64,000 nt of DNA from an uncultured Chloroflexota bacterium (GCA_937870845.1 CALMZR010000216.1:4464-68463), one strand, 5' to 3'. Positions 1 to 10,270 are shown, counted from the first letter of the stretch. Notes: generated by a model not told the origin, from the letters alone. Program-made: numbers and translations.

Positions 1-171
1 AACGCCGAGAACAACTACGACATGGATCCGGAGGATCTTTGGATCAAGGCGATTTTCGCCGACGATGGACCGCGCTTCCGCCGCTTCAAGGCGAAGGCAC
101 GGGGCAGAGTGGGGCGGATCATCCGCCGCAACACGCACCTGACCGTCATCGCCGAGGAACGGAGGAGCTAA
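1..171 (+). CDS. rplV: 50S ribosomal protein L22, C-terminal fragment (5' end outside window)
   Basis: Frame 1 reads ...[38 protein letters not shown], a typical L22 C-terminus. The stop TAA at 169-171 overlaps the rpsC ATG, and the position upstream of rpsC fits. Confidence 0.85.
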   Translation, partial: NAENNYDMDPEDLWIKAIFADDGPRFRRFKAKARGRVGRIIRRNTHLTVIAEERRS

Positions 172-857
172 TGGGACGAAAGGTCAATCCGATCGGGTTC
201 CGCCTAGGCATCGTCACCGATTGGGAATCGAAGTGGTACGCGGAGCGGAACTACACCGACCAGCTCCATGAGGACCTGCGCATCCGGCGCCTGATTCTGA
301 GTGAGCTGACGCGCGCCGGCATCTCCCGCATCGAGCTGGAGCGGTCGGCGAACAAGGTCGATGTGACGCTGTATACCTCGAAGCCCGGCATCGTCATCGG
401 CAAGCAAGGGGCGAACGTCGAGCGCCTACGGCAGATGCTGGAGCGCGAGATCGGCAAGAAGATCCATTTGAAGATCGAAGAGATCAAGGTCCCGGAGGTC
501 GACGCGATTCTAATCGCGGAGAGTATCGCCGAGCAGATCTCGCGGCGTGTCGCCTACCGCCGCGCCATGAAGCATGCGGTGCAACAGGCGATGCGGCGGG
601 GCGCCAAGGGCGTCAAGATCACCCTCTCCGGAAGGCTCGGTGGGGCCGAGATGAGCCGCTCCGTGACGGAGATGGACGGGCGCGTGCCTCGATCCACCCT
701 GCGGGCCGATATTGACTTCGGTGTGGTCCATGCCCACACGACCTACGGCCGCATCGGCGTCAAGGTCTGGGTCTACAAGGGCGAGGTGCTGCCGGAGCGG
801 GCGCCGGTGACGGCCGCGACGTTGACGGCGGATCTCGCGGCAATCAGCGGAGACTAG
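171..857 (+). CDS. rpsC: 30S ribosomal protein S3
   Basis: An internal ATG of ORF 39..857 gives [25 protein letters not shown]..., the canonical S3 N-terminus and KH domain. Operon order fits. Confidence 0.97.
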   Translation: MGRKVNPIGFRLGIVTDWESKWYAERNYTDQLHEDLRIRRLILSELTRAGISRIELERSANKVDVTLYTSKPGIVIGKQGANVERLRQMLEREIGKKIHLKIEEIKVPEVDAILIAESIAEQISRRVAYRRAMKHAVQQAMRRGAKGVKITLSGRLGGAEMSRSVTEMDGRVPRSTLRADIDFGVVHAHTTYGRIGVKVWVYKGEVLPERAPVTAATLTADLAAISGD

Positions 858-858
858 A

Positions 859-885
859 GGGTGATGGGGTGTATGGGTGCTCGGG
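859..885 (+). other. G-quadruplex-type motif GGGtgatGGGGtgtatGGGtgctcGGG in the rpsC-rplP spacer (sense strand)
   Basis: Four G3+ runs at 859-861, 866-869, 875-877 and 883-885, with loops of 4-5 nt, read directly from the sequence. Confidence 0.4.
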
Positions 886-973
886 TGATGAGGCGGTCGG
901 ATCGTGAAGTCAACGATCCTTCCACCCGAACCCCTTGTCACCCTGTCAGCGTCGAACCAGAGGAGCGTCGATC

Positions 974-1438
974 ATGTTGATGCCGAAGCGGACCAAGTAC
1001 CGCAAGATGATGCGGGGCCGCAACACCGGCAAAGCCTACCGCGGAGCCGAGATCAACTTCGGCGAGTTCGCGCTGCAGGCGCTGGAGCCGACATGGGTCA
1101 GCAGCCGGCAGATCGAGGCAGCCCGCCGGGCCATCACCAACTACCTCAAGCGCGGCGGCAAGGTCTGGATCCGCATCTTTCCGGACAAGCCGGTGACGCA
1201 AAAGCCAGCCGAGACCCGCATGGGCTCCGGCAAGGGGAACCCGGAGTATTGGGTCGCCGTGGTCAAGCCGGGCCGCATCCTGTTCGAGGTGGCCGGCGTC
1301 TCTCGTGAACAGGCTGAAGAAGCCTTGCGTCGCGCGGCCATGAAGATGCCGATGGACTGCCGCTTCATCGAGCGCGCCCAAGTGGGCATTGCCGCGGCGA
1401 CGGTTGAGGACGAGGCCACCGAGGAGGTCGTGGCATGA
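974..1438 (+). CDS. rplP: 50S ribosomal protein L16
   Basis: [22 protein letters not shown]... An internal ATG at 974 of ORF 935..1438 is preceded by GAGGAG. Confidence 0.97.
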   Translation: MLMPKRTKYRKMMRGRNTGKAYRGAEINFGEFALQALEPTWVSSRQIEAARRAITNYLKRGGKVWIRIFPDKPVTQKPAETRMGSGKGNPEYWVAVVKPGRILFEVAGVSREQAEEALRRAAMKMPMDCRFIERAQVGIAAATVEDEATEEVVA

Positions 1439-1671
1439 AGCCGGCCGAGATTCGCGCCATGGACAACGAGAAGCTAAACAGGCAGCTCGCCGAGCTGCTG
1501 GCCGAATGGCGCAACCTCCGGTTCCAGGATGCCGTTGGTCAACTGACGGCAACCGCGCGGATTCGCCAGATTCGCAAAGACATCGCGCGGATTCGCACCA
1601 TTCAGACAGAACGGGAGATCGAGCAGGAGCTGGCATCGCTGGCCGGCAGCGGCTCGGCCAGCGCCCGCTAG
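1435..1671 (+). CDS. rpmC: 50S ribosomal protein L29
   Basis: [31 protein letters not shown]... The start overlaps the rplP stop (ATGA). Confidence 0.95.
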   Translation: MKPAEIRAMDNEKLNRQLAELLAEWRNLRFQDAVGQLTATARIRQIRKDIARIRTIQTEREIEQELASLAGSGSASAR

Positions 1672-1687
1672 CGACGAGGAAGTACGG

Positions 1688-1990
1688 ATGAGCGAACAGG
1701 TCGCCGAGGTGACGGAGACTCCGCAGCAGCGGATTCAAAAGCAGCGGGTGCAAAAGGTTGGCCGCGTCGTCAGCGACAAGATGGACAAGACCATCGTCGT
1801 CGCTGTTGACTCGGTGCGACGCCACCCGCTCTACCACAAGCGGATGACGCGAACGAGCAAGTTCCTGGCCCACGACGAGAGCAACAGTTGCAAGCCGGGG
1901 GACATCGTTCGCATCGAGGAGACGCGGCCGCTATCGAAGCGGAAGCGATGGATCGTGCGCGAGATTGTCGAGCGCGGTGTGCAGATCTAG
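1688..1990 (+). CDS. rpsQ: 30S ribosomal protein S17
   Basis: ...[42 protein letters not shown]... is the S17 signature. Operon order fits. Confidence 0.95.
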   Translation: MSEQVAEVTETPQQRIQKQRVQKVGRVVSDKMDKTIVVAVDSVRRHPLYHKRMTRTSKFLAHDESNSCKPGDIVRIEETRPLSKRKRWIVREIVERGVQI

Positions 1991-2022
1991 GACCGGCCTG
2001 CAGCGCGGACGGGAGCATTGAG

Positions 2023-2391
2023 GTGATTCAACAGGAATCGCGGCTGAAAGTCGCGGACAACAGCGGCGCCAAGGAGCTTCTCTGCATCCGCGTGCTCGGC
2101 GGGTCGGGTCGCAAGTACGGCGGCGTCGGCGACACGATTATCGCCACGGTCAAGCAAGCGCAGCCGAACGCGGGCGTCAAGAAGGGCGAGGTCGTGCGCG
2201 CCGTCATCGTGCGCACCGCCCAGGAGTACGGCCGACCCGACGGCAGCCACATCAAGTTCGACGACAACGCGGCGGTTCTGATCAACAACCAGGGGGCGCC
2301 GCGCGGCACTCGCATCTTCGGACCCGTGGGGCGCGAACTGCGAGAGCGGCAGTTCATGCGGATCGTCTCGCTAGCGCCGGAAGTCTTGTAA
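2023..2391 (+). CDS. rplN: 50S ribosomal protein L14
   Basis: A GTG start gives (M)[26 protein letters not shown]..., 122 aa, the canonical L14 length and N-terminus. Confidence 0.95.
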   Translation: MIQQESRLKVADNSGAKELLCIRVLGGSGRKYGGVGDTIIATVKQAQPNAGVKKGEVVRAVIVRTAQEYGRPDGSHIKFDDNAAVLINNQGAPRGTRIFGPVGRELRERQFMRIVSLAPEVL

Positions 2392-2422
2392 GCGGACACG
2401 AAAGCGAGCTGGAGCGCAGGAG

Positions 2423-2749
2423 ATGAGAAAGATTCGCAGCGGCGACACCGTCCTGGTCACGTCTGGCCGAAACAAGGGCCAACAGGGCAAGGTGCGCATC
2501 AACCAGATCGACAGGGACCGCATCGTGATCGAAGGCGTGAACATGGTCACGAAGCACATCAAGCGCGGCCGGGCGCGGCAGGCCGGCCTCGTCAAGATGG
2601 AAGCGCCGCTTCACGTCTCAAACGTGATGCTGGTCTGCCCTTCATGCAAGCAGCCGACGCGGGTCGGGGTGCGGACGGGGGACGACGGCAAGAACGCGCG
2701 CTACTGCAAGAAGTGCGACGCCTGGATACCGAGGCCGGAAGCGGACTAG
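2423..2749 (+). CDS. rplX: 50S ribosomal protein L24 (with C-terminal CxxC...CxxC zinc-ribbon-like tail)
   Basis: [24 protein letters not shown]... is the KOW motif. The C-terminus carries CPSC...CKKC, as in Thermus-type L24. Confidence 0.95.
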   Translation: MRKIRSGDTVLVTSGRNKGQQGKVRINQIDRDRIVIEGVNMVTKHIKRGRARQAGLVKMEAPLHVSNVMLVCPSCKQPTRVGVRTGDDGKNARYCKKCDAWIPRPEAD

Positions 2750-2843
2750 GTCGATTCGACGGCCGATTGAAGCGGCGGCCTGAGCGCCGGGAACGGCGGA
2801 CCAGGCGGGAACGCCGAACGATGGAAAGATGTGGGCAGGGACG

Positions 2844-3401
2844 ATGGCGAGATTGAGAGAAAAGTACCGGGAAGAGGTCGTCCCCGAGCTGATGAAAGAG
2901 TTCGGGTATGCCAACGTGATGCAGGCGCCCAAGCTGGAGAAGATCGTTCTCAACGTCGGTCTGGGCGAGGCGATCAGCAACGCGAAGGCGCTGGAGAGCG
3001 CGGTGGCCGACATGTCGGCCATCACCGGGCAGCGCCCGGTCGTGACGCGCGCCAAGAAGTCGATCGCCGCGTTCAAGTTGCGCGCCGGCATGCCGATCGG
3101 GGCGATGGTCACGCTGCGTGGCGAGCGCATGTACGAGTTTCTCGATCGGATGGTGGCGATCACACTGCCGCGCATCCGCGACTTCCGCGGCGTCTCGCCC
3201 AACTCCTTCGACGGGCGCGGCAACTACACGCTCGGGTTCCAGGAGCAACTCGCCTTCCCCGAGATCGACTACGACAAGATCGACCGGGCGCGCGGATTGG
3301 AAGTGAGCCTGGTCACCACGGCCAAGACGGACGAAGAGGGGCGGCGGCTGCTGGCACTGCTCGGCATGCCGTTCGCCCGTACCGAACAACCTGGATTGTA
3401 G
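2844..3401 (+). CDS. rplE: 50S ribosomal protein L5
   Basis: [43 protein letters not shown]... Internal ATG at 2844. Confidence 0.96.
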   Translation: MARLREKYREEVVPELMKEFGYANVMQAPKLEKIVLNVGLGEAISNAKALESAVADMSAITGQRPVVTRAKKSIAAFKLRAGMPIGAMVTLRGERMYEFLDRMVAITLPRIRDFRGVSPNSFDGRGNYTLGFQEQLAFPEIDYDKIDRARGLEVSLVTTAKTDEEGRRLLALLGMPFARTEQPGL

Positions 3402-3433
3402 CGCGCCCGAGTCCGGGAGCGGAGGAAGAACGG

Positions 3434-3619
3434 ATGGCGAAGAAGAGTTTGATCGTCAAGGCGCAGAAACCGGCCAAGTTCGAGACCCGGCAGGTGAATC
3501 GCTGCCGGCTGTGCGGTCGGAGCCGGTCCTACATGCGGAAGTTCGGCGTTTGCCGCATCTGCTTCCGCGAGTTGGCGTCGGTCGGGCGCCTTCCGGGCGT
3601 GACGAAGTCGAGTTGGTAG
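3434..3619 (+). CDS. rpsZ: 30S ribosomal protein S14 type Z (zinc-binding short form)
   Basis: [61 protein letters not shown], 61 aa, with CxxC...CxxC. Confidence 0.95.
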   Translation: MAKKSLIVKAQKPAKFETRQVNRCRLCGRSRSYMRKFGVCRICFRELASVGRLPGVTKSSW

Positions 3620-3752
3620 GAGCCGACGACGGTGTTGGTCCGGGCGCGGCGAGGAAGCGCATGGCAACCACGGTTTCGGCGAACCGAACCCAGTTTCCTC
3701 CTGAAGCGGAACGAGGACCGAACCATGGCAGCAGGGTGAGGAGCACGTACGT

Positions 3753-4151
3753 ATGAGCGTCAACGATCCCATCAGCGATATGCTGACGAGGGTGCGCAAC
3801 GCGGGGATGGCGCGGAACGCGGAGACGACGATGCCGTCGACCAACGTTCTGGTGGCGATCGCCAAGATCCTGAAGGAAGAGGGTTACATCGCGAACTATC
3901 GCGTCATCGAGAAGCGGCCGCAGAACCAGCTGGTCATCTCCCTGCGCTACGGCGCAGACCGCAAACACGCGATCAAGGAGATCAAGCGGGTAAGCAAGCC
4001 GGGGCTGCGCGTCTACGCCGGCAAGGACGACATCCCCCGAGTGCAGAGCGGTCTCGGGATCGCCGTGGTCAGCACCACGCAGGGAGTGATGACCGGGTAC
4101 GAGGCGCGACGGCGCGGCATCGGCGGTGAAGTGCTCTGCACCGTGTTCTAG
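3753..4151 (+). CDS. rpsH: 30S ribosomal protein S8
   Basis: MSVNDPISDMLTRVRNAGMARNAETTMPSTN... is the canonical S8 N-terminus. Confidence 0.96.
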   Translation: MSVNDPISDMLTRVRNAGMARNAETTMPSTNVLVAIAKILKEEGYIANYRVIEKRPQNQLVISLRYGADRKHAIKEIKRVSKPGLRVYAGKDDIPRVQSGLGIAVVSTTQGVMTGYEARRRGIGGEVLCTVF

Positions 4152-4208
4152 AATCGGCGGCCTGGCGCGGGATCGCCCTGGATGTCGCCCGCACGAGGGA
4201 GTAGCGCA

Positions 4209-4754
4209 ATGTCACGAATCGGAAAACAGCCGGTAACGATCCCGTCGGGCGTCGAGGTTTCGATCGGCGAAGACAACAGCGTCGCCGTCAAGGGCCCGAA
4301 AGGGACGCTGTCGCAACGGCTGGCGCCGAGCATGAAGCTGGAGCGGGAGAACGGCACGATCCAGGTGCAGCGGCCTGACGACCAGCGCGAGCACCGTGCG
4401 CTGCACGGGCTGACGCGCACGCTCCTCAACAACATGGTGGTCGGTGTCACCGATGGCTACCGGCGCGATCTCGAGATCCAGGGCGTCGGCTACCGCGCCG
4501 CGCTCGAGGGCCAGGTGCTCGTGCTTTCGGTTGGCTATTCGCATCAGGTGCGGATGTCGCCGCCGGATGGGGTGACGTATGCCCTCGAAGGCAACACCCG
4601 CGTCTCCGTGACCGGCATTGACAAGCAAAAGGTTGGCGAAGAGGCAGCGCGCATTCGCCGCGTGCGGCCGCCCGAGCCGTACAAGGGCAAGGGCATCCGC
4701 TACGCCGGTGAGCGCGTCCGACGCAAGGCGGGTAAGGCGGGCAAGGCGAAGTAG
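4209..4754 (+). CDS. rplF: 50S ribosomal protein L6
   Basis: MSRIGKQPVTIPSGVEVSIGEDNSVAVKGPKGTLSQ... Internal ATG at 4209. Confidence 0.96.
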   Translation: MSRIGKQPVTIPSGVEVSIGEDNSVAVKGPKGTLSQRLAPSMKLERENGTIQVQRPDDQREHRALHGLTRTLLNNMVVGVTDGYRRDLEIQGVGYRAALEGQVLVLSVGYSHQVRMSPPDGVTYALEGNTRVSVTGIDKQKVGEEAARIRRVRPPEPYKGKGIRYAGERVRRKAGKAGKAK

Positions 4755-4799
4755 CGACTCGGGTTGCCGATCGCCTTCTGTCTGGGAGGAACAGGTTCG

Positions 4800-5174
4800 A
4801 TGCGACGCAAGTTTCGGAAAAAGCTGACTCCGCGGAAGCGGCGCCACGTGCGTGTTCGGGCCAAGGTCAGCGGCACGCAGGCGCGGCCACGCCTAAACGT
4901 CTTTCGCTCGTCGGCGCACATCTACGCCCAGGTGATTGATGACGATCGGGGGCACACGCTGCTGGCCGCCAGCGATCTCGAGCCAGACGTGCGCGACCGA
5001 GCCGGCGACGGCGCGACGAAGACAGCCCGAGCGCGAGCGGTCGGCGAAGTCATTGCCGAGCGCGCGAAAGCGGCGGGCATCGACGCGATCGTCTTCGATC
5101 GGGGCGGATTTCTTTATCACGGGCGGGTCAAGGCGGTGGCCGAGGGCGCCCGCGAGGCAGGGTTGATTTTTTAG
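4800..5174 (+). CDS. rplR: 50S ribosomal protein L18
   Basis: [48 protein letters not shown]... GGAGGA lies upstream of ATG 4800. Confidence 0.93.
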   Translation: MRRKFRKKLTPRKRRHVRVRAKVSGTQARPRLNVFRSSAHIYAQVIDDDRGHTLLAASDLEPDVRDRAGDGATKTARARAVGEVIAERAKAAGIDAIVFDRGGFLYHGRVKAVAEGAREAGLIF

Positions 5175-5238
5175 GCGCGATTTCTCGCGCCGCGCAGCGG
5201 CGAGCGGGCGCGCGGATGCCGTGAGGCAGGAGTTAGGC

Positions 5239-5874
5239 ATGGATAGGAATCGCGGCGACCGCGGCCCTCGACGCCGCTCGGAAGAGGAAGGCGCGAGCGA
5301 GTTCGAGGAGCGCGTCGTCCAGATCAACCGCGTGGCCAAGGTGGTCCGCGGAGGACGGCGCTTCAGCTTCGGCAGCATCGTCGTCGTTGGCGATGGCAAG
5401 GGCCGCGTCGGCGCTGGTCTCGGCAAGGCGAACGAGGTGCCCGACTCGATCCGGAAAGGTGTCGAGGCGGCCAAGAAGTCGATGATCTCGGTACCTCTGG
5501 AGGGGACGACAATCCCGCACCCAATCGAGACCTCGTTCGGAGCTTCGCGCGTGCTGCTCAAGCCGGCGGCGCCTGGCACCGGAGTGATTGCGGGAGGCGG
5601 CGTGCGCGCCGTGGTCGAGGCGGCGGGCATCAAGGACATCCTCACCAAGTCGCTGGGCAGCAATAACCCGGTGAACGTTGTGCGCGCGACGCTGAAGGCG
5701 CTTCAGGAGCTGGAGTCGCCGAACGATATCGCGCGGCGTCGAGGGCGGCCGCCCATGGTCCGGCGCGGTCCAGCCGCAGAGGCTGGGAGCCCGTTGGGCG
5801 CGGCGAGCGGCGGCGAGCGTGTGGCCGCGGCGGGCGGCGGGCGGCGGGCGCCGCGCGGGAGTGGTGAATCGTGA
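5239..5874 (+). CDS. rpsE: 30S ribosomal protein S5 (with about 40-aa Gly/Ala/Arg-rich C-terminal extension)
   Basis: ...[53 protein letters not shown]... is the S5 dsRBD signature. The start is chosen at ATG 5239. Confidence 0.93.
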   Translation: MDRNRGDRGPRRRSEEEGASEFEERVVQINRVAKVVRGGRRFSFGSIVVVGDGKGRVGAGLGKANEVPDSIRKGVEAAKKSMISVPLEGTTIPHPIETSFGASRVLLKPAAPGTGVIAGGGVRAVVEAAGIKDILTKSLGSNNPVNVVRATLKALQELESPNDIARRRGRPPMVRRGPAAEAGSPLGAASGGERVAAAGGGRRAPRGSGES

Positions 5875-6125
5875 GCGACAACGGAAACGGCATGCTGCGC
5901 ATCACGCTGGTGCGGAGCACGATCGGCCGGCCGGCGGATCAAGGACGAGCCGTGCGGTCGCTTGGGCTGCGCAAACTGCACAGGACGGTGGAGCGGCCCG
6001 ACAACCCCTCAATTCGGGGCATGGTGAACAAGGTTCGCCATCTTGTCGTTGTGGAAGAGATACCGGCGGGCGCTGGCGATGCGTCCGCGGCGCCAACGAA
6101 GAAAAGCGCAGCGTCCAACGGTTGA
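5871..6125 (+). CDS. rpmD: 50S ribosomal protein L30
   Basis: ...[52 protein letters not shown]... GTG 5871 overlaps the rpsE stop. An alternative ATG lies at 5892. Confidence 0.9.
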   Translation: MSDNGNGMLRITLVRSTIGRPADQGRAVRSLGLRKLHRTVERPDNPSIRGMVNKVRHLVVVEEIPAGAGDASAAPTKKSAASNG

Positions 6126-6153
6126 CGGGTCTGCGCCAATGGGGAGAATCATC

Positions 6154-6747
6154 ATGCCTCTAACATTGGATCAACTGAGCGGCGGCGCGGGTCGTCACCG
6201 GGACCGCAAGCGGGTCGGCCGCGGCCACGGCAGCGGCAAGGGCAAGACGGCCGGCCGCGGCACGAAGGGCCAGAAGGCCCGCAGCGGCCCCGGCGTCGGC
6301 CGCGGCTTCGAGGGCGGTCAGCTCCCGATTCAGCAGCGGCTCCCCTACAAGCGCGGCTTCACCAACATTCACAAGACGCCGTGGGAAGTGGTGAACCTGG
6401 ATCGCCTGGAGGATCTGGGGATCGAAGGGGCGATTACGCCTGAGGTGCTTGCGGAGCGGCGGGTGACGCGCGGACTTGAGTACCCGGTCAAGATCCTCGG
6501 GCGGGGTGAGTTGACGAAGTCCCTCACCGTGCGCGCCCACGCCTTTTCGGAGTCGGCGAAGGCGGCGATCGAGCGTGTTGGCGGTACGGCTGAGCTGGTT
6601 GAGCGGATCGACGACTGGGTGCAGGCCAAGCCGCGCTCGAGGCGGCTGCCGCTCAACCGCGAGCTGAAGCGGATGCGGGTGGGCAAGGTGGGCGGTCCCT
6701 CTCGCCGCGAAGCCCTCGCCACGCTGGCCGCAAACCAGGAGTCCTAA
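6154..6747 (+). CDS. rplO: 50S ribosomal protein L15 (long C-terminal extension)
   Basis: MPLTLDQLSGGAGRHRDRKRVGRGHGSGKGKTAGRGTKGQKARSG... Internal ATG at 6154. Confidence 0.93.
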   Translation: MPLTLDQLSGGAGRHRDRKRVGRGHGSGKGKTAGRGTKGQKARSGPGVGRGFEGGQLPIQQRLPYKRGFTNIHKTPWEVVNLDRLEDLGIEGAITPEVLAERRVTRGLEYPVKILGRGELTKSLTVRAHAFSESAKAAIERVGGTAELVERIDDWVQAKPRSRRLPLNRELKRMRVGKVGGPSRREALATLAANQES

Positions 6748-6750
6748 GCG

Positions 6751-8070
6751 ATGCTCAACGCTGTCGCCACCGCATTCAAGATTCCCGATCTGCGGCAGCG
6801 GATCCTTTTCGTGTTGGGGATGCTGATCATCTTCCGGTTCTTCGCGGCGGTGCCGGTGCCCGGCGTCAATCGGGAGGGACTGCAAGACTTCATCCAGCAG
6901 AACGCGCTCCTGGGCATCCTCAATATCTTCTCCGGCAACAGCCTACAGAACTTTTCCATCGTGGCCCTTGGCGTCTACCCGTACATCACCGCGTCGATCA
7001 TCATGCAGTTGATGACGCCGATCATTCCTTCCCTCAACGAGCTGTCCAACGAGGGCCAGGGCGGACGTAACAAAATCAACCAATACACCCACTGGCTGAC
7101 GGTGCCCCTGGCCCTGCTTCAGGGCTATGGCCAGGGCGTTCTCTTCTCGCAGCAGGTTGACCCTGCGACGGGGCAGCCGCTGATCGAAGGCTTCGGGTTC
7201 GGCGATCCGGCGAACGTGCTTCCGACCATTGCCACGCTCGTCACCATGACGGCCGGGACGATGCTGCTCGTCTGGATGGGCGAGCTGATCACTGAATTCG
7301 GCATCGGCAACGGGGTCTCCATCATCATTTTCGGCGGCATTGTCGCCTCGCTGCCCAGTTCGATCATGGCGCTCTTTAGCGGGCCGTCGGACACGCGCAG
7401 CATCATCAGCCTGGCGCTCTTCCTTCTGATCGGACTCTTGACGATTGTCGGCATCGTCCTCATCAACGAGGGGCAGCGGCGCATCCCCGTGCACCATGCC
7501 AAGCGGGTGCGCTCCGGCCGCATGTACGGCGGCAACACCACGTTTATCCCGTTAAAGGTCAATTCGGCGGGCATGATCCCGCTCATCTTCGCGGTCAGCA
7601 TCCTCGTTTTTCCCGGCTTGATCGCGCAATTTCTCTCCACGTCGAGCAACGAGACGCTGCGCAACTTCGCGGCCCAGCTTTCCGCGTGGATGAGTCCGAA
7701 CACGTTTCAATACAACGTCATCTATTTCCTGCTGGTGGTCGCGTTCACGTACTTCTACACCATGGTGATCTTCCAGCAGCAAAAGATCGCGGAGAACTTG
7801 CAGCGGCAGGGCGCGTTCATTCCCGGCGTCCGTCCCGGGCGAAACACCCAGCTCTATCTGATGCGAACACTGAACCGCATCACGCTTATTGGCGCGCTGT
7901 TCCTGGGCACCGTGGCCATCCTGCCATTCATCGCCTCGCGGCTGACCGGCGTCAACTCGCTCTTACTGGGGGCGACGTCGCTGCTGATCGTCGTCGGGGT
8001 GGCGATCGATACCATGCGCCAGCTCGAAGCCCAGCTCGTGATGCGCAACTACGAGGGCTTCATTCGGTAG
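6751..8070 (+). CDS. secY: Preprotein translocase subunit SecY
   Basis: 439 aa and polytopic. ...GVYPYITASIIMQLM... and the C-terminal ...MRQLEAQLVMRNYEGFIR are SecY hallmarks. It sits in the conserved position after rplO. Confidence 0.97.
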   Translation: MLNAVATAFKIPDLRQRILFVLGMLIIFRFFAAVPVPGVNREGLQDFIQQNALLGILNIFSGNSLQNFSIVALGVYPYITASIIMQLMTPIIPSLNELSNEGQGGRNKINQYTHWLTVPLALLQGYGQGVLFSQQVDPATGQPLIEGFGFGDPANVLPTIATLVTMTAGTMLLVWMGELITEFGIGNGVSIIIFGGIVASLPSSIMALFSGPSDTRSIISLALFLLIGLLTIVGIVLINEGQRRIPVHHAKRVRSGRMYGGNTTFIPLKVNSAGMIPLIFAVSILVFPGLIAQFLSTSSNETLRNFAAQLSAWMSPNTFQYNVIYFLLVVAFTYFYTMVIFQQQKIAENLQRQGAFIPGVRPGRNTQLYLMRTLNRITLIGALFLGTVAILPFIASRLTGVNSLLLGATSLLIVVGVAIDTMRQLEAQLVMRNYEGFIR

Positions 8071-8112
8071 GCGCGAGGATCGGCCCAGTCAATGGGAGAA
8101 ATTCGAGGCTCG

Positions 8113-8817
8113 ATGCTGCACGTTATTCTGATGGGACCGCAAGGGTCCGGCAAAGGCACTCAAAGTGAGCGGGTGCGCGCGCGCCTCGATCTGGCCTCGA
8201 TCGCCACCGGTGAGCTGTTTCGAGCGGCCATCAAGGGCCAGACGGACCTCGGCCAGCGGATTCAGGCGATCTACGACCGCGGGGATCTCGTGCCGGACGA
8301 GTTGACGGTGGCGCTGGTCGAGGAGCGACTGGACGAGTTGGCGCGGGAGCGAGCGGCGGGAAGTTCTGTGCGCGGGGCGGTCTACGATGGATTTCCCCGC
8401 ACCGAAGGTCAAGCTAATGCGCTCGATCGGATCCTCACCGATCGCGGAGAGACGATCACCACCGTCGTTGTCATCGACGTCCCGCGGGCAACGCTCTTGC
8501 GCCGGCTGGCCGCCCGCCGTGTCTGTGCCAACTGCGGTCGGGTCTACAACGCCGAGTCCGACCCGCCCAGGGTTGACGGCGTGTGCGACGCCTGTGGCGG
8601 CCAGGTCGTGCAACGGGCGGATGACACGCCAGAGGCGGTGACGAAGCGGCTCGATCTCTACGACGACGAAACGGCGCCGCTCGTCGAACGATACGCAGAA
8701 CGGGGTCTCCTGACCCGGATTGACGGGAACCGAGCTATCGACGAGGTCACGGCATCGATTGTCGAAGCGATTCAGGCGCGGGCGATGGCGACTTCCCCAT
8801 CGGGCAAGGTCGCCTAG
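8113..8817 (+). CDS. adk: Adenylate kinase (zinc-lid type)
   Basis: MLHVILMGPQGSGKGTQSERV... is the P-loop. The lid has CANCGRVYN...CDACGG. An alternative upstream ATG lies at 8092. Confidence 0.95.
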   Translation: MLHVILMGPQGSGKGTQSERVRARLDLASIATGELFRAAIKGQTDLGQRIQAIYDRGDLVPDELTVALVEERLDELARERAAGSSVRGAVYDGFPRTEGQANALDRILTDRGETITTVVVIDVPRATLLRRLAARRVCANCGRVYNAESDPPRVDGVCDACGGQVVQRADDTPEAVTKRLDLYDDETAPLVERYAERGLLTRIDGNRAIDEVTASIVEAIQARAMATSPSGKVA

Positions 8818-8819
8818 CC

Positions 8820-9605
8820 GTGGCGATGACGATCAAGAACCAGGACGAGATCCGCAAGATGGGCGAAGCCGGCCAGGTGGTCGCGCTCATCCACGCCCGC
8901 ATCGAGGAGGCGATCGCGCCAGGGATGACGACCGGCGAGTTGGACGACATGGCCCGCGAAACGCTACGCGAAGCCGGCGCCATCTCGTCGTTCCTCCACT
9001 ACCCTGGCGGTCATGGCGCCCCGCCTTTTCCCGGCCACATCTGCACCTCAGTGAATGAAGAGATCGTCCATGGCATCCCCGGCAAGCGACGCCTTCGAGA
9101 CGGCGACGTCGTCTCGGTCGACGTGGGCGCGATCCTCGCCGGCTACCACGGCGACTCGGCCTGGACGTATGCCGTCGGACGCATCCCGGACGATGCCGCG
9201 CAACTGCTGCGCGACACCGAGGAGGCGCTCTATCGAGCAGTCGAAGCCGCGACGACGGGCAATCGGCTGGGCGCCGTTGGCCACGCGGTTGAGTCGTTCG
9301 CCCGTCGTCGCGGGCGCGGCGTGGTGCGCGAGTACGGCGGACACGGCATCGGGAGGCAGATGCACGAGGAGCCGCACGTGCCGAATCACGGCAACCCCGG
9401 CCGAGGCGTGCTCCTGCGCTCGGGGTTGACCTTGGCCATCGAGCCGATGCTCACGGCGGGGGGAGAGCACACGAAGACGCTCGCCGACGGATGGACCGTC
9501 GTCACCGCGGACGGATCGATCGCGGCCCATTTCGAGCACACGGTGGCGGTCAGCCCGCAGGGAGGGCGCGTGTTGACGCCTCGGCTGGCTCCCGTGTTAG
9601 AATAA
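8820..9605 (+). CDS. map: Type I methionine aminopeptidase
   Basis: ...KNQDEIRKMGEAGQVV..., metal ligands in a ...DVVSVDVGA... context, ...HGIGRQMHEEP..., ...LAIEPM... The start is ambiguous (GTG 8820 or ATG 8826). Confidence 0.95.
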   Translation: MAMTIKNQDEIRKMGEAGQVVALIHARIEEAIAPGMTTGELDDMARETLREAGAISSFLHYPGGHGAPPFPGHICTSVNEEIVHGIPGKRRLRDGDVVSVDVGAILAGYHGDSAWTYAVGRIPDDAAQLLRDTEEALYRAVEAATTGNRLGAVGHAVESFARRRGRGVVREYGGHGIGRQMHEEPHVPNHGNPGRGVLLRSGLTLAIEPMLTAGGEHTKTLADGWTVVTADGSIAAHFEHTVAVSPQGGRVLTPRLAPVLE

Positions 9606-9613
9606 CGTGTTCG

Positions 9614-9634
9614 GCGCACGCCTCAGGCGTGCGC
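9614..9634 (+). other. Perfect 9-bp stem hairpin GCGCACGCC-tca-GGCGTGCGC just after the map stop
   Basis: Read directly from the sequence. No T-tract follows, so it is not a classical terminator. Confidence 0.5.
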
Positions 9635-9714
9635 TATCCGCGTGCGTATCTGCCAACCTGATTGTGATTTGACGGTCGGGCGAATCGCCTGACCGCTACG
9701 GACAGGAAACGGTC

Positions 9715-9828
9715 ATGAAGGTAGCTGCATCGGTAACCCGACGCTGCGACAACTGCAAAATCGTTCGAAGGCACGGCGTGATCCGCGTCATCTGCACCAA
9801 CCCGCGGCACAAGCAGCGGCAAGGCTAA
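9715..9828 (+). CDS. rpmJ: 50S ribosomal protein L36 (zinc-binding C+ form)
   Basis: Not in the ORF track because it is short. My own translation gives [37 protein letters not shown], 37 aa. Confidence 0.9.
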   Translation: MKVAASVTRRCDNCKIVRRHGVIRVICTNPRHKQRQG

Positions 9829-9857
9829 GAGGACGGTGGGCGACGAGGGGACACGGA

Positions 9858-10229
9858 ATGGCTAGAATTGCGGGCGTCGATCTTCCACGGGACAAGCGGG
9901 TCGAGGCGGCGTTGCCGTACATCTACGGCATAGGTCTGCACACCAGCCAGAACATTCTGGAGCGGACCAACGTCAACCCGGACACCCGTGTCCGGGATCT
10001 GACCGACGATGAGGTCAACCGCATCCGCGAGATCGTCGACAAAGAGATGCGCGTCGAAGGCGATTTGCGGCGCGAAGTCGCCATGAACATCAAGCGGTTG
10101 ATGGACATCGGCTGCTACCGTGGGCTGCGACACCGCCGTGGCATGCCGACGCGTGGTCAGCGCACGCGCACGAACGCGCGGACGCGGCGAGGCCCGCGGC
10201 GGGCCGTCGGCGGGCGCAAGAAGGGGTAA
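9858..10229 (+). CDS. rpsM: 30S ribosomal protein S13
   Basis: [35 protein letters not shown]... Confidence 0.96.
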   Translation: MARIAGVDLPRDKRVEAALPYIYGIGLHTSQNILERTNVNPDTRVRDLTDDEVNRIREIVDKEMRVEGDLRREVAMNIKRLMDIGCYRGLRHRRGMPTRGQRTRTNARTRRGPRRAVGGRKKG

Positions 10230-10270
10230 TGGACCGCGCCGACTGACGCGGGAGGAGGATTATCGAAGCT

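Noticed and set aside
39-170. N-terminal extensions suggested by the ORF track for rpsC (39), rplP (935), rplN (1888), rplE (2829), rplF (4182), rplR (4764), rplO (6043), rpsI (14299), pyrC (16974), carB (19833), imuB (36218), ftsK (36041), pnp (48251), rpsO (48776), mtnP (48689) and others.
   Set aside because: The extensions overlap upstream genes or are low-complexity. The conserved family N-termini begin at internal ATG, GTG or TTG codons with SD-like sequences, and those are the starts I used.
3620-3752. The 133-nt rpsZ-rpsH spacer as an S8 operator-like element.
   Set aside because: It contains only short, imperfect repeats (GGTTTCGGCGAACCGAACC). I could not derive a convincing stem resembling the S8-binding helix, so the evidence is too weak to report.
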